A stretch of 64,000 nt of DNA from Octopus vulgaris. Its lineage: Eukaryota. The DNA lies in NCBI GenBank assembly GCA_951406725.2, contig OX597834.1, positions 16,678,001-16,742,000 on the forward strand, given 5' to 3'. The translations under genes and the position numbers were made by a program. Positions 25,834 through 39,729 of the stretch are shown one piece after another. Position 1 is the first letter of the stretch. Each line of letters starts with the position of its first letter. Below the pieces are notes generated by a model, which was not told the DNA's origin, did no database searches, and saw only the letters and a list, made by a program, of their open reading frames with translations.

Positions 25834-26968
25834 CTGCAAAGAGAAAAAAAGAAATGTTAAAAAAATTAGCATATTAGCAAATTGAAAAAACATTATTTTT
25901 TTAGCAAACATAATTACCAACAAATAATTAATTACATACATGTGTGTATGTGTGTGTAATTTTTTTTCTGCTGCTTAGTCACAAGAAAAACGACAAAGTC
26001 CATGACCAGTTGCAGGGTCTGACGGATAGCAAAAGGTCATGGAAGAAAGAGAACAAGAAGCTACAGAACATAGGTTAATGCAAGAAAGAAAAAAAAACCA
26101 TATATTTAGATATGAAGTCTATTGCATGACATCTGTTAATTATCTTTTATTGATTCAGTCATGGGACAGCAGCCATGCTGGAGCAATATCTTGACGGAAT
26201 TAGTCCAGCAAATCAACTGCACCACTTATTTTTTAAATCCAGAACATATTCTATTGGTCTCTTTTGCAAAACTACAAAGTTACAGCAAAGAAAAGAAACC
26301 AAAACTGGCTGTCACACGATGGGAGGGACACACACACACACACAATCATCATTATCAGCATCATCATTTAATGTCTGTTGTCCAAACTGACATGGGTTGG
26401 AGAGTTTGACCAGAGCTGGCAAGTCGGGGAGCTGCACCAGACTTCAGTCTCATTTGGTATGGTTTCTGTGGCTGGACACCCTTCTTAACACCAACCACTT
26501 TACAGAATGTGGTGGGTGCTTTTACATGGTACCACATGGACGTTTTACATGGCACCAGTCTTAACACTTTTGCTGCAAAGTACAGGTCTTCTTGAATACA
26601 GCAAAGCACCAGGTCCTTTGTCATCTGTGTGAGTGTGTGTGTGTGTGTGTACATATGTAAATATATCGTGATCATCATCATGATCATTATTTAACATCTG
26701 TTGTCCATGCTGGCATGGGTTGTATGGTTTAACCAAAGTTGGTAAGCTGAGGGGCTGCACCAGATTCCAGTCTGATTTGGTATGGTTTGTATGGCTGGAT
26801 GTCCTTCCTAATACCAACCACTCCAAGAGTGTAATGGGTGCTTTTACGTGCCATCTGCATAAGTGCCAGTTGCACGACATCAGTATCTGTTATGACTAAG
26901 ATTTCACTCGGCTTGATGGATCTTCTTTCTCAAGCACAGTGTATTGCCAAAAGCTTTTATCATTTGTC

Positions 26969-27413
26969 TGGTTTCAATTTGATTTGGAAACCTAGTCAAC
27001 TATATCGACATGGTAAAATACATATTGAAATAATGTTCACAAACTATGTATTGCATATGTGGTATGTGTGTGAGTCTGTATGTGAATAATTGTGTGTAAG
27101 GAGAGCTGGCAGAAACGTTAACACGCCGGGTGAAGTGCGTAGCCATATTTCGTCTGTTGTTACGTTCTGATTTCAAATTCCGCCGAGGTCGACTTTGCCT
27201 TTCATCCTTTCGGGGTCGATATAATCGACTCAATCCCTTCGTCTGTCCTCGTTTGTCCCCTCTATGTTTAGCCCCTTCTGGGCAGTAAAGAAATATATAC
27301 ATCACTCACAGACATGCGCTAGAATCTGGCCCAGTCATGCTGTCTCTGATCTCTTTCATTTCTACCACTACTATAAAGGCCTCTGTTTCTTGGAGATGGC
27401 TGAACTCATGCCA
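26969..27413. repeat. Chimeric local duplication: inverted copy of 21817-22069 joined to a direct copy of 24198-24399
   Basis: Base-by-base comparison. The junction microhomology is ggggtcgata at 27212-27221. Confidence 0.92.
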
Positions 27414-28224
27414 AGTTCCACGACACCAGCATCAGCCACATTGTCACCGTGAGGCACAACACTTGGAAGGTGCTCTTTATGTGACACTGGCACAAGTGCC
27501 TGTTACATGACACCAAAAATGGTCACAACTATGATTTCACTTTGCTTGATGGGCCTTGACAAGCACAGCATATTGCCAAATGTCTTGTTGCTAGTCATTT
27601 ATATGTATGTATGTATGTATGTATTCAAGTGTTATCTACTATAGCCTTGAGCCTACCAAAGTCTTGGCAGTGAATCTGATAGACAGAAACTGAAAGAGGA
27701 TCAGTGTGTGTGTGCACGTGCATGCACCTTTGTATCTGTATTTGTCCACCACCACTTGACAACCAGTGTTGGTTTGTTGACGTTCTCATAGCTTAGCAGT
27801 TCAGCAAAAGAAACTACTAGAATAAGTACAAAACTTTAAAAAAAAAAAAAAAGTACTGAGGTTAATTCGTCAAGGTGATGCCCCAGCATGGTCGTGGTTT
27901 AACGAGTGAAACAAGTAAAAGATAAAAGTAATTTCAGCTAGTGACCATTTGTGATGTTTCTCTTACTTGAAAGAAAAAGCTGAGATTTTTTTTTTTTTTT
28001 GTAGATTTTCAGATTTTGGAATTTAGGATAAAGGATTATCTATCAACTGTATTTCATCCCTTAAATCTCTCTGAAGTAAATCTGATAATTAATTCTGGGG
28101 GAATGATAGGGAGTGGTGGAGTAGTATTACATCAATCTAAGCTGGATTTGAATAACACACATGCTTAGAGGATGGATAGAGAGATAGTCAGAGAGGAGAC
28201 AGAAAGAGGGAGATAGTCAGAGAG

Positions 28225-28263
<39 letters not shown>

Positions 28264-29727
28264 GGTCAGAGACTCATGATACATATAGAGAAATGACAAG
28301 GGAGATGAAGCTTGAGAGCTGTTTTACAAATCTGGTACCAAAAAAAGGAAAAATACACAATCAAAAATGGAAAGCATAAGAATGGTAACTTTAATAAAAT
28401 TGTTCTGGAGAATAAATGGTTCGTCATGTGGGTTTGTGCTCCAGGATGGCCACAAGCCATTGGATGAAACCAGTAAGAGAATATGAATTAAAGGTAATCT
28501 TGGAAACAGGAAGAACTTTCGGAACCACATATAAAAGCTATGATACTGAAAATACTCCATGGTCATTATTTAACCCTGGTCAGCCCCGAGTGAGCAGACC
28601 TATGATCAAAGAGTCAGACTGTGATCATCTTGTTTTATATCTAAGGAATGCTGAACCACATTATCCTATTTAAGATAGGATTTAATCTGAAGGGGTGGGC
28701 GGATTTGGATACTATTTCTAACCGGCAAAGTACCTACATAGACATTCCTCTCTGACTCATTGCATTATATGTAGTTTTAATGTGCATTGTAAGTGAAGCT
28801 CGTTAACAACAAATGAGGAAGAGAGAGAAGGACAGAGAGAAAAAAAGAGAGTAGGAGAGCGGGGGGGAGAGAGAGACAGAGAGAGAAAAGGGAAGGATGA
28901 GAGCAGAGAGAGGGACTGAAAGAGAGAGAGAGACTGTGTCATTTACATGCGGTTGCCACCATTTGCTCCACTCCCCTCGTCTTCCTTTCTAGTAAGAAAT
29001 CCATTACTAAAATGTCGTCCACACACACACACACACACACACCATGGTTAACTTCAGAAACAGCATCAGAGAAAGGTTAATTGGAAACCAATCCAGATAT
29101 TCTGGTTATTAAATGAGAAACCATCAAATGTCACTTAAATACTCTTTCTATACATCTCTCTTTCTCGTTCCTTCTCTCTCTCTCTCTCTCATACTCTCTC
29201 TCTCTCTCTCTCTCTCTTATTCATCATTCATTCATGTATACCAACACATAAAACATTGTGCATTATCTTATTCAGCATTTTTTTTCATTTATTTTGGAAG
29301 CATAAAGTTTGTCTTCTCATGGTTCACATGGGTCCACAAGGGTGACGCTCAACTCATTTCCAAAATAGCTCCAGGCTGGCCACGATCAAGCAAACCTGCA
29401 TTCAAATACATTCCAGCCACAATCATCCCATTTGGGATTATATTATCCGAAGGGCCCTTCCTTTCCCAAATTGAGATTTGGCTGCTAGTTCTAGCACATA
29501 GAAGTCCTCCTTACTGAGTCACGCCGAAAGTGAAAGAAAGAAAACGAGAGATTAACCTAATCACTGACTTGTCCAAAGGTAACTTCTCCACTCCCTTGAC
29601 ACCCACATACAAAAATTAAACAAAAAAATTAAGTAGCATAAAACCCCTATGTATAATATACACTTTTTGATCAAAAGATTAAAATTCAGGATTTAAGCTG
29701 AAAAGATTTTCCTCATCCTCTATCATT

Positions 29728-30119
29728 ACATATATATATATATATATATAGATAGATATATATAAATATACACATATATATATATACATACATAGATATA
29801 CATACATAGATATATACATACATATATATACATATATATATATACACACATATATACACATATATATATATACACATATATATATATACACATATATATA
29901 TATACACATATATATATATACACATATATATATACATATATATATATACACATATATATATACACATATATATATATACACATATATATATACATATATA
30001 TATATATACACATATATATATACATATATATATATATACACATATATATATACATATATATATATACACATATATATATACATATATATATACACACATA
30101 TATATATATATACATACAC

Positions 30120-30152
<33 letters not shown>

Positions 30153-30210
30153 CATATATATACATACACATATATACATATATATACATATATATATATA
30201 TACATACACA

Positions 30211-30260
<50 letters not shown>

Positions 30261-30435
30261 CATATATACATACACATATACATATATATACATATATATA
30301 TATATACACACACACATAGATATACATACATATATATACATACATAAATATACATACATATACATATATATATATACACACACACACATAGATATATATA
30401 TACACACATATATATACATACATATATATACACAC

Positions 30436-30466
<31 letters not shown>

Positions 30467-30491
30467 AATATACATACATAGATATATATAC

Positions 30492-30554
<63 letters not shown>

Positions 30555-30558
30555 TTTT

Positions 30559-30637
<79 letters not shown>

Positions 30638-30638
30638 A

Positions 30639-30698
<60 letters not shown>

Positions 30699-30700
30699 AA
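29728..30700. repeat. Long (TA)n/(CA)n microsatellite followed by (AAT)n
   Basis: Seen directly; it accounts for the 255-319 aa YI-repeat ORFs. Confidence 0.97.
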
Positions 30701-32366
30701 GGTGCTAATATCTAGTAAGCATGAGGTGGTGAACTGGCAAAACTGCTAGCAGGCTGAGTAAAAATGCTGAGCAGCATGTCATCCGTCCTTATGTTTGGAG
30801 TTCAAATTCTACCATGGTCATCTTTGCCTTTCCTCTTTTCGCGATCAATAAAATAGGTAGCAGTTGAGTGCTGGCATCAATGTAATCAAGCTTGCCCTCT
30901 GCCCAAAATTGCTGGTCTTGTGTCAAAAATTGGAAACCAGTATCTAATAACAAAATTATGCTGACGTAGAAGAGCATTCATAACTATGAGGTGGGACTGC
31001 TAAGCAGTGATGCGTATAATATACACTATTATTACCAGCCTGAATATACCAGTGGCAGGTTCAAACTCATAGACAAGCCATTCACCGTGTTTTGTTATGG
31101 AGAAAATTTCTTGCTGTAGACAAATGGCGCAAATCAACTTTCAAATAGGAGATAACCATCCCCAAATGCTTGCATCTCACAGTCTGGGTAAGTGCTGCTG
31201 TGAGCTGATCTAGGTGTATTTTGGGGACGTGCTGTATAGGGGACAAACAGACAAAAAGACACAATGGGCTTCAACAGTTTCTTTCTACCAAATCCATGAT
31301 TATAAAATGGTAGCAATATTATATATGAACATTTAGACTCATTCTCGCATTATCCCATGTGACATTTTTTAAGATGGTAAGGCTAAGGGAGATCTGGCTA
31401 CTATTTCTAGCATAGTTGGCTCCAGTACATTTTTTGAAAAGTCTGGTAGTTATTCTATCAGTCTCTTTTGCTCAACTGGTAAGTTATAGGGATGCAAACA
31501 AACAAACACCAGTGGTGATGGTGGTAGTGTTGGTGGGGGCGCACACACACACACAATGGGCTTCAACACAGTTTCTATCTACCAAATTCATTCACAAGAC
31601 ATTGGCTGTTTTGGGACTATAAAAGAAGACACTTGCCCAAGGTGTCATGCAGTGGGACGAAACTCAAAACCACTGGGTTGCAAAGCATGGAACAAATAGC
31701 AGAAAAAGAACTCGATACAAGTGTGTGTGTGTACATAAACACACACACATTAAAATCCATCAGATTCCACATCACATTTCTATTCCATCTGCTGTGTAAA
31801 GTCTTCCTCAGGCGTCAGGTTGTTCTTGGCCCCATTGTCTGCAAGTGGAGGTTTACCACCCTCTGTGGTATTTTCCCCACAGGAAATCATTTTGGCTTCC
31901 ATCCATAAGCATTTGAGAAGCAACATTTCAAAAATCCATTTTCCTCATCGTCTCTGGGGACACCTCCAAGCTGAGTATCTCTAGACCAAATAGTGACTAT
32001 ATATATAAATTCATTTCATATAAAATGAACTATTAAAAATTAATATATCAGATTATAGTAGCTTAACTCTTATAGCCAGCTATGCAACACCTCTTTCTCT
32101 CTCCCACACATCTGAACACATTCTATCAGCTCTTGTACCTAAATGGGCAACACTGCAAAATATGATGTTATTAACTTTTTAAAGAATTTACACCCAAAAT
32201 CAAAGTTACGATTATAAAATTGTAGCATTATTATACATGAACTTTTACGTTAATTTACACATTATTCAATGTGACATTTTTCAAGAATGGTAAGGCTGAA
32301 GGAGACCTGGCTATTATTTCTAACATGGTGTATGAATTTATAGTCTGTTTTCTTTTTATATTATTA

Positions 32367-32753
32367 CTAGCAGTATCGCCCGGGTTTGTAAGGGAAATAA
32401 CTATAAAGCATTTTTAGAGAGTTATAACCAAAAAATAGCAAAAAAATGCATTCAAAATTGAAAAAAAATTATGGTAAATTTTTTTTTAAATCGTTGACTC
32501 ATCGTAGACATTTTTAGAGAGTTACTTCCCTTATATAATAGCGAAAAAATGCATTAAAATGGGGAAAAACTATGGTAAATTATTTTTAAAATCGTAGACT
32601 CATCGTAGACACGCGCTAATACCCAGAAGGGCTCGATATGAATCACGACTAAAACCTACCCGGTTTTGGTTAAACTGCACCGCAAAATGTGGGAGTAGTT
32701 AGGAATCTAAATCGTAGGAGACAGACACACAACCTTACTTTTATATATAAAGA
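32367..32753 (-). mobile_element. Non-autonomous Helitron
   Basis: Minus strand reads A|TCtttatatataaaag ... gggcgatactgCTAG|T, inserted between A and T with no TSD. It contains an internal degenerate tandem repeat. Confidence 0.75.
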
Positions 32754-33090
32754 TTACCTCCACCGTAGCGAAGACGAAGGTATTGTTTTCAATCATGTTT
32801 GTTTGTCTAAGGACAAGATATCTCAAGAACGGATTCAGATGAAACTTTCAGGGATGTTTGGCCTTGACCTGGTACCAGACAAGGATTCTGGATTATTTTT
32901 CCTGTTTTTTTTTGTTTTGTTTTTTTTTTTTTACTTTTGAGAGCAGTTGGGTTCATTTTTAGTATTCTTGTTTGTGAGAGCAGTTGAGTTTATTTCAGAT
33001 ATTCTCATTTTAAAAATCATCTCTGGCTAATCATTGAGATGATGTTAGTGTTGCCATGGTGGGGGTTTACACTCTCTGAGTGCCCTTATT
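32754..33090 (+). mobile_element. Helentron/HINE-like non-autonomous element (host of the Helitron)
   Basis: Subterminal IR acctccacc / ggtgggggt and a 3' hairpin cactctctgagtg are present. A second partial copy starts near 54248. Confidence 0.55.
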
Positions 33091-36000
33091 ATTATTGGGG
33101 GGAAAAGGCTTGAAGAAAGGGGTTTTTTTTTTTTTCAACAGCTGAAAGTTGACAGGAAAATATGGATAGACAGTGATTTCCAGAGGAATAACACAAATTT
33201 TGATTGAGCTAATCTTTGATCAAAGTTATTTCAGTGGGGACATCCCATCACCTGTATATTATTTATAACTACACTCTACAACATACCTTCACTTATTTAT
33301 AACAGTAGTATGTGATTTGGGGGAAATTTGGCAGCTATTTCTAGCGGATCAAAAAAACTGCATAGAAGCCGTATCTAAAGCAGGATGGAGCACCCACTCA
33401 TGAAATTTTCCTACATTCATATTTGAAATAGGCCACTGGTAAAATCTGTGTAAAAAAAGTTTAAGCCTTAAGATTAAGAGCAGTAATTATCAATTGGGGT
33501 CCATATAAGATTTTGCTGTTAAAATTTTTGTGTACAATAAACTGGTTAGGCTTCCACAATACACAAAATATTTAAACAATTTTTTTTATACAATTCCTAT
33601 TAATATTTAATAATAAAAATATAATGGGAATTTTTAGACATAAAATGGCTGTGGGGACTTTCCTCAGATAAAACAATAATTAAATGGGTTCATAGGAAGA
33701 AAATGGTTGAGAACCATGGATCAAGACAGTAATTTAACATGAGTAACATCATTATGAATTTGTAAAATTAAGGATCCATTATTTTTCTTGGAATAATTGG
33801 GTGTGTGGTAAGAAGCTTGCTTCACAACTACAAGGTTCCAGGTTCAGTCCCACTGCATGGCATCTTGGGAAAGTGTTTTCTACTATAACTTAGGGCCGAC
33901 CAAAGCCTTGAGAGTGGATTTGGTAGAGGGAAACTGAAAGAAGCCCATCATATGTATGTGGATATATATATATGTGTGTGTGTGTATGTCCTTGTGTCTG
34001 TATGTTTCCACCCCACCACCACTTGATAACTGGTGTTGGTGTGTTTATGTTCCTGTAACTTAGCAGTTCAGCAAGAGAGACCAATGGAATATGTATTAGG
34101 CTTAACAAAAAATAAGTACTGGGATCGATTAATTCCATTAAAAATTCTTCAAGGTAGTGCCCTAGCATGGCCACAGTCTAATGACTAAAACAAAAACCAA
34201 AAGAAAAACTACCCCCATAGAAGCAAGTAATTTCCCAATATGGCTGTGTGTATGCCTCTGGGTGTCAACCTTTGACTCTGACCTACATTGCATTTCAGCT
34301 ATTTATAGAGGAGTCTTCTACCCACCACTTATTCATAATGTCAACAGGTGTGCACAGAGGTAATGGTGCCACAACCACATACTTAATTTGATGTTAAGAG
34401 GGAAATTACGCTGACAACAGTTGAACCACCACCAACCGAAAAAAAAAAAGTAATAAACTCTAGCAGATGTACATTCACAAACAACCAAACACTTGTTTCA
34501 TGATAAAAAAAAAAAGCCATAATTTCATATAATGTATTTTTCTTAAGCAAAATAAAAGTTTTAAAAAAACAAATCTTTTAACAAAAGAATATAATAACAA
34601 GTTTAAATTTGAATGGAGACGTTATTGAAATCAGATATTTAAAAATAGTTAAATGACTAAGTAGATGATACAGCAACTAGTTATATCACATTAACAGAAT
34701 GGGTGTGTGTGTGTGTACATTCATTGCTCTATGTCAAGCAATTGAGAAAAGAATGCTCAATACACATTTCAGACGCTATTGCTTTCAGTTGAAATTCAAG
34801 CAACAGGTTTCACACAACTGATCTTCAGGTAAAACATTCTGCCTGTTACACCATAAAATTGCAATGAATGCAACTTAAGCCAGGAGACAAACTCTTTGCT
34901 TCAATTTCATTAAAAGCCTTTATTGTATACATGAGCGTGTGTGGGGGGGGGTCACAGTTTCAGTCCCACAGTGCAGCACCTTGGGCAAGTGTCTTCTATA
35001 GCTCTGGGCTAACCAAAGCTTTGTGAGTGGATTTGGTAGACAGTAACTGGAAGAAGTCCATTGTGCATGTGTGTGTGTACACCCTTGTTTTGCCATCGTG
35101 CGATGGTAGTAAATGAGCACCTCTGTCATACAAGTGATGCTGTTTGTTTCCAGCCTTTTGTGAAATACAAGTTTAGCTCTTAGGAAATAGTAGCTTGCTT
35201 GGAAACAGATAGTGATTGGGAACAGGAAGGGCATCTGCTTTAACAGAAAATATGCCTCAACAAATTCCATCTGACCCATGCAAGCATGGAAAAGTGAACA
35301 TTAAATGACAATTATGATTCTGATGATCAGTTGGTAGAGTCTTTAGAGCACTGACTTAAATATATTGCGATATCTGTTCCAGCTCTATGCCTCATTCTGA
35401 GTTCAAATCCCATTGAGTTTAACTTTCCTGTACATCTTTTCTAGGGCTAATAAAGGACCAGGACCAACCCTATGTTGGGGAAGCCCTCTCCTCTTTCAGC
35501 TGATACATTCTAAATGTTCTGCTAGAGATCAACTATGAGAAGGTCAAGGGAGTATCTCTTTCTACTCATGACTACTACATGGGTACCTAAGGCAACTGTG
35601 AAGGTACGTGGCTTAATGGGTAGAGTATTTGGCTCACAACAGTAAGGTTACGAGTTTGATTACTGGCAGCATACTGTGTTCTTGAGCAAGACACTTTATT
35701 TCACGTGCACCAGTCCACTCAACTGGCAAAAATGAGTTGTACCAGGACCAGCCCTGTCACATTCTGTGCCACACTGAAATAGGTTAACGACAAATTAATT
35801 AAAACAGAATGAAGTCTCACCTAATTGACTCTAAAAAAATAAATGCTCTCTTTTTGGCTTCAGCAAAGGAGTGTATCTCTATATGATCACACAACTTGCT
35901 AGAAATAACAGTGAAATCTCTCTTTTTAAGACACTCTAATGTCTTTAAAAACTTGATAAAGGTATTAGATAACAACAGTAAGGGTACATGTGTCTGTGGA

Positions 36001-36349
36001 GCGCTCAGCTACTTGCATGTTAATTTCTCAAGCAGGCTGCACATTTGATCAGATCCACTAGAACACTTGTAATCCTAACCAATGGAGAGCCAATTACCAA
36101 AGACAATTAGCGAAAGTATGGTACATGTTACTATGTCGATCTTGACAGAGAGTGAAGGCTGCTGCTTCTGAGTATGAAATACAGATTATGAGGAGGGATG
36201 GAATTTGCTGCATGAATGCAAATGTTTAGGCTGGCAGTAAAGAATTATGGCCGAGCTTGAAGCAAACAAAGACAAGGGATTTTGGATGATTGGCTAATAA
36301 AAATTTTATTGGGTTTTAGAAAGTGAAACCTTGTGCTCATAGCTGTGTG

Positions 36350-36560
36350 TGCGCGTGTTGTATAACTGTGTAGCTGTGTGTGTGTATAACTGTGTAGCTG
36401 TGTGTGTGTATAACTGTGTAGCTGTGTGTGTGTATAACTGTGTAGCTGTGTGGTTGTGTGTGTGTGTGTGTGTGTATGGCAGTGTTTGTATATAGCTGTA
36501 TAGCTGTGTGTATAGCTGTGCACATATGTATAGCTCTGTGTATGTATAGCTGCATGTGTG
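36350..36560. repeat. ~24-bp minisatellite tgtataactgtgtagctgtgtgtg
   Basis: Four clear units plus degenerate ones. Confidence 0.85.
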
Positions 36561-37509
36561 TGTGTATTTTATTATTATTGTTGTTAATTGGCCCTAAGGG
36601 TCAACCACCCTAACTACCATTATGCATCTCTGTATAATGGACTGTTGTAGCCAAGCTGAGTTAATTAGTTAAGCAATGAAGGCAAACTAAGAAAAGGAAA
36701 AAATAAAAAAACATTAGATGAAATAGGTTAACTACAAATTAATTAAAACAAAATAGATGAAGTCTCACCTAATTGGCTCTAAAAAAAAATGCTCTCTATT
36801 TAGCTTTAGCAAATGAGGGTGTCTCTATATGATCATACAACTTGCTAGAAATAACAGTGAAATCTCTCTTTTTAAGATTCTAATGTCTTTAAAAAAACTT
36901 GATAAAAGTAATGTACTTCTAGGTAGACTATGTCCAATTTTGACTTAGGTCTGTAATGAGCCCTAGGAAACAAAGCTGAAGTATAACCTGGTTTCCATGG
37001 TGACAGATTGCAACACGCACCTCAATCCTGAATGGGATGTCAGTCCATCACAGGGTTAACTTCCCAGTTATTACTGGAACTCATTTACAGCAGAATGGAC
37101 TGGATTGATGTGAAATGAAGGAATTTGCTCAAGAACACAATGCACCGTCCAGCCCAAGAACTGAAACCATGATCATAAGATTGCGAGTACAGCATGCTAA
37201 CCACAATGGCACATGCTTCCACTTTCACTGCATCTGAAGAATAAGAACAGAATGGATGTGATATTAAACCCATCTAGAACTAAACAACAAGAAATGGCTG
37301 AGCTAGTATTTAGATTCCAAAATAAAGAGAGAAAAAAAAACTATAATTGAGCCATCCATCCATCTATACCAGCTATCTAATATTCCTGGGATGGCTGTCT
37401 GGGTAGAGTCCACAGGCACCTCATCTCTAGGGTCCTGTCAGAAGCAACTGTCATATTTTCCATCTGGATTCCCAAGCACATCCAACTGAGAATATGCATA
37501 TTAGGTAGG

Positions 37510-37830
37510 GTGTGTGGCATAGTAGTTAAGGTATATTGCTCACAATCGCTAGGTCATGAGTTCAATACCCAGTGGTGTGCTGTGTTCTTGAACAAAGTAC
37601 TTTATTTCACTTTGCTCTAATCCACTCAGCTGGTGAAAATGAGTAGAACCTGTAATTCAAAGGGCCGGCTTTGTCACATTCTGTGTCATGCTGAGTCTCC
37701 CTGAGAACTATGTTAAGGGTACACGTGTCTGTGGAGTGCTCAGCCACTTGCACGTTAATTTCACGAGCAAGCTCTTCCACTGATCAGAAACACCTGGAAT
37801 CTTTGTCATCATAACCGATGGAGCACCAGT
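37510..37830 (+). mobile_element. SINE family D (tRNA head tggcatagtagtt / gagttcaatacc)
   Basis: Shares its body with 35600-36085, 62095-62660 and the reverse copy that hosts 6404-8076. Confidence 0.75.
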
Positions 37831-38389
37831 TCCTTTTTGTTTTTTGTTTTTTTTGTTTTTTTTTATGAATATCAGGCGATGTGGCCGATGCCAGTGTCAT
37901 GTAACTAGCACCTGTGCCAGTGACACGTAAAAGGCACCTTTAAATGTTTGGCCTCACAGAGGCAATGACAGAGACATTTGGCAATATGCCATGCTTGAGA
38001 GGACTCAACAAACCAAGTGAAATCGTAGTCGTGGCAGATACTGGTGTCACACAACTGGCACCCATGCCGGTGGCATGTAAAAGCACCTATTATGCTCTTG
38101 AAGTCGTTGGCATTAAGAAGAGCAACCAGCTGTAGAAACCATGCCAAATCAGACTGGAGTTTGATTAAGCCTCTCAGCTTACCAGCCCTGGCCAAACTGT
38201 CCAATCCATGCCAACATGGACATTGGACGCTAAATGATGATGATGACCCAACCATCTCAAATCTTGGTCTAATCCTAGGTCTCTGACCAATTGTCTTGCA
38301 ATCCTTTCTTGTGATATTCTAACAACATGTCCACATAGTAAAGAAGCTGTGACCTCTCGATGCAGAGAAATAAATAAATCATTTTAATT

Positions 38390-38710
38390 AGGCGTAGGAG
38401 TGGCTGTGTGGTAAGTAGCTTGCTAACCAGCCACATGGTCCCGGGTTCAGTCCCACTGCGTGGCATCTTGGGCAAGTGTCTTCTACTATAGCCCCGGGCC
38501 GACCAATGCCTTGTGAGTGGATTTGGTAGAGAGAAACTGAAAGAAGCCTGCCGTATATATGTATATATATATGTATGTGTGTGTTTGTGTGTCGGCTGTG
38601 TTTGTTCCCCTAGCATTGCTTGACAACCGATGCTGGTGTGTTTACGTCCCCGTCACTTAGCGGTTCGGCAAAAGAGACCGATAGAATAAGTACTGGGCTT
38701 ACAAAGAATA
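38390..38710 (+). mobile_element. Young SINE family A
   Basis: CpG-rich, close to consensus. Opposite-orientation copies lie at 41705-42093 and 49323-49608. Confidence 0.85.
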
Positions 38711-39467
38711 ATATTAATTTCAATTCATCCACAGCATTTGACTGGTATGGTACCTGATTTATAAAACCCAGCAGACAGAAGCAAAATAAAATCAAGCTAG
38801 GTAGGATTTGAACACAGAGGAACTTAAATTAAATACTGCACAAGCCAATGCAATAGCCTATATGTGGTCTTTCAACATACTAGAAATAACAGTCAAATCC
38901 TTCTATACCTGCCTCTAAATCACAGTTGTCTTTCTAAAATACAAGAAAGACATATTGGATAATGTAGTCCAAGGTCAGCTATGCATTACTGAAAAATTGC
39001 AAGATCATGGCTAAAACAGCTTTTGTTGTAAATGATCAAAGCAAACCTGGCGCTTAACAATGACTAAATTCTGCAATTCACTCTAGATTGCCATCAATAG
39101 AACTCGTTTGATTACAAGTCTACTGGATCAAGGCTGGCTTGGAGCTATTTAGTCTAGCATTCTGCTGCTTCTGACGTCTATAATCTGCTTCCTTTCATGG
39201 TATTTGAGATAGTTCTTACATATGTTCTATTATAGTAACATAGCAGTCCAGCAAAAAAGACCGATAAAATAAGTACCAAGCTTAAAAAAATAATAGTGGA
39301 GTTAGTTGATTTGATTAAGAGTCAGCAAGGTGGTGCCCCAGCTTGGTAGCAGTCCAACTGAAACAAGTAAAACACATACAATACTGAGTATATATGTATA
39401 TTTGTGTATCTGTGTGTGCTTATATACATATGTGTACATGTATGTGTATATATATATATATATATAT

Positions 39468-39627
39468 TTATAATAATAAGGGTTTTTTGCAACAAGTTGC
39501 TTAAACCACATACCGAACATATTAGAAATAGCAGTCAAAGGACTACTATTTCTAAAAGAAATAGTAGTCCTTTGACTGCGGTATGTGGTTTAAGCAACTT
39601 GTTGCAAAAAAACCCTTATTATTATAA
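39468..39627. repeat. Compound palindrome next to (TA)n
   Basis: Inner perfect 23-bp arms at 39531-53 and 39557-79. Outer ~47-bp arms at 39468-39514 and 39580-39627. A ~15-nt bulge lies on one side. Confidence 0.92.
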
Positions 39628-39729
39628 TTATATAAATGTTTACCGAATATGGTCCTTTTTTCATACCGAAATACTATTAGGTGAAATTTATTGATTTTAT
39701 TAAATTAATTATACTTCACCCTTTATCTG

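Noticed and set aside
29679-30638. Long YI/CV/HT-repeat ORFs (also 8330-8797, 15245-16147, 40237-41041 and 62858-63996)
   Set aside because: These are translations of stop-free dinucleotide microsatellites.
31770-31960. Possible minus-strand LINE 3' remnant (similar weak cases at 37360-37500 and 39930-40260)
   Set aside because: Too degenerate to assign a family by eye; it needs RepeatMasker or tBLASTn.
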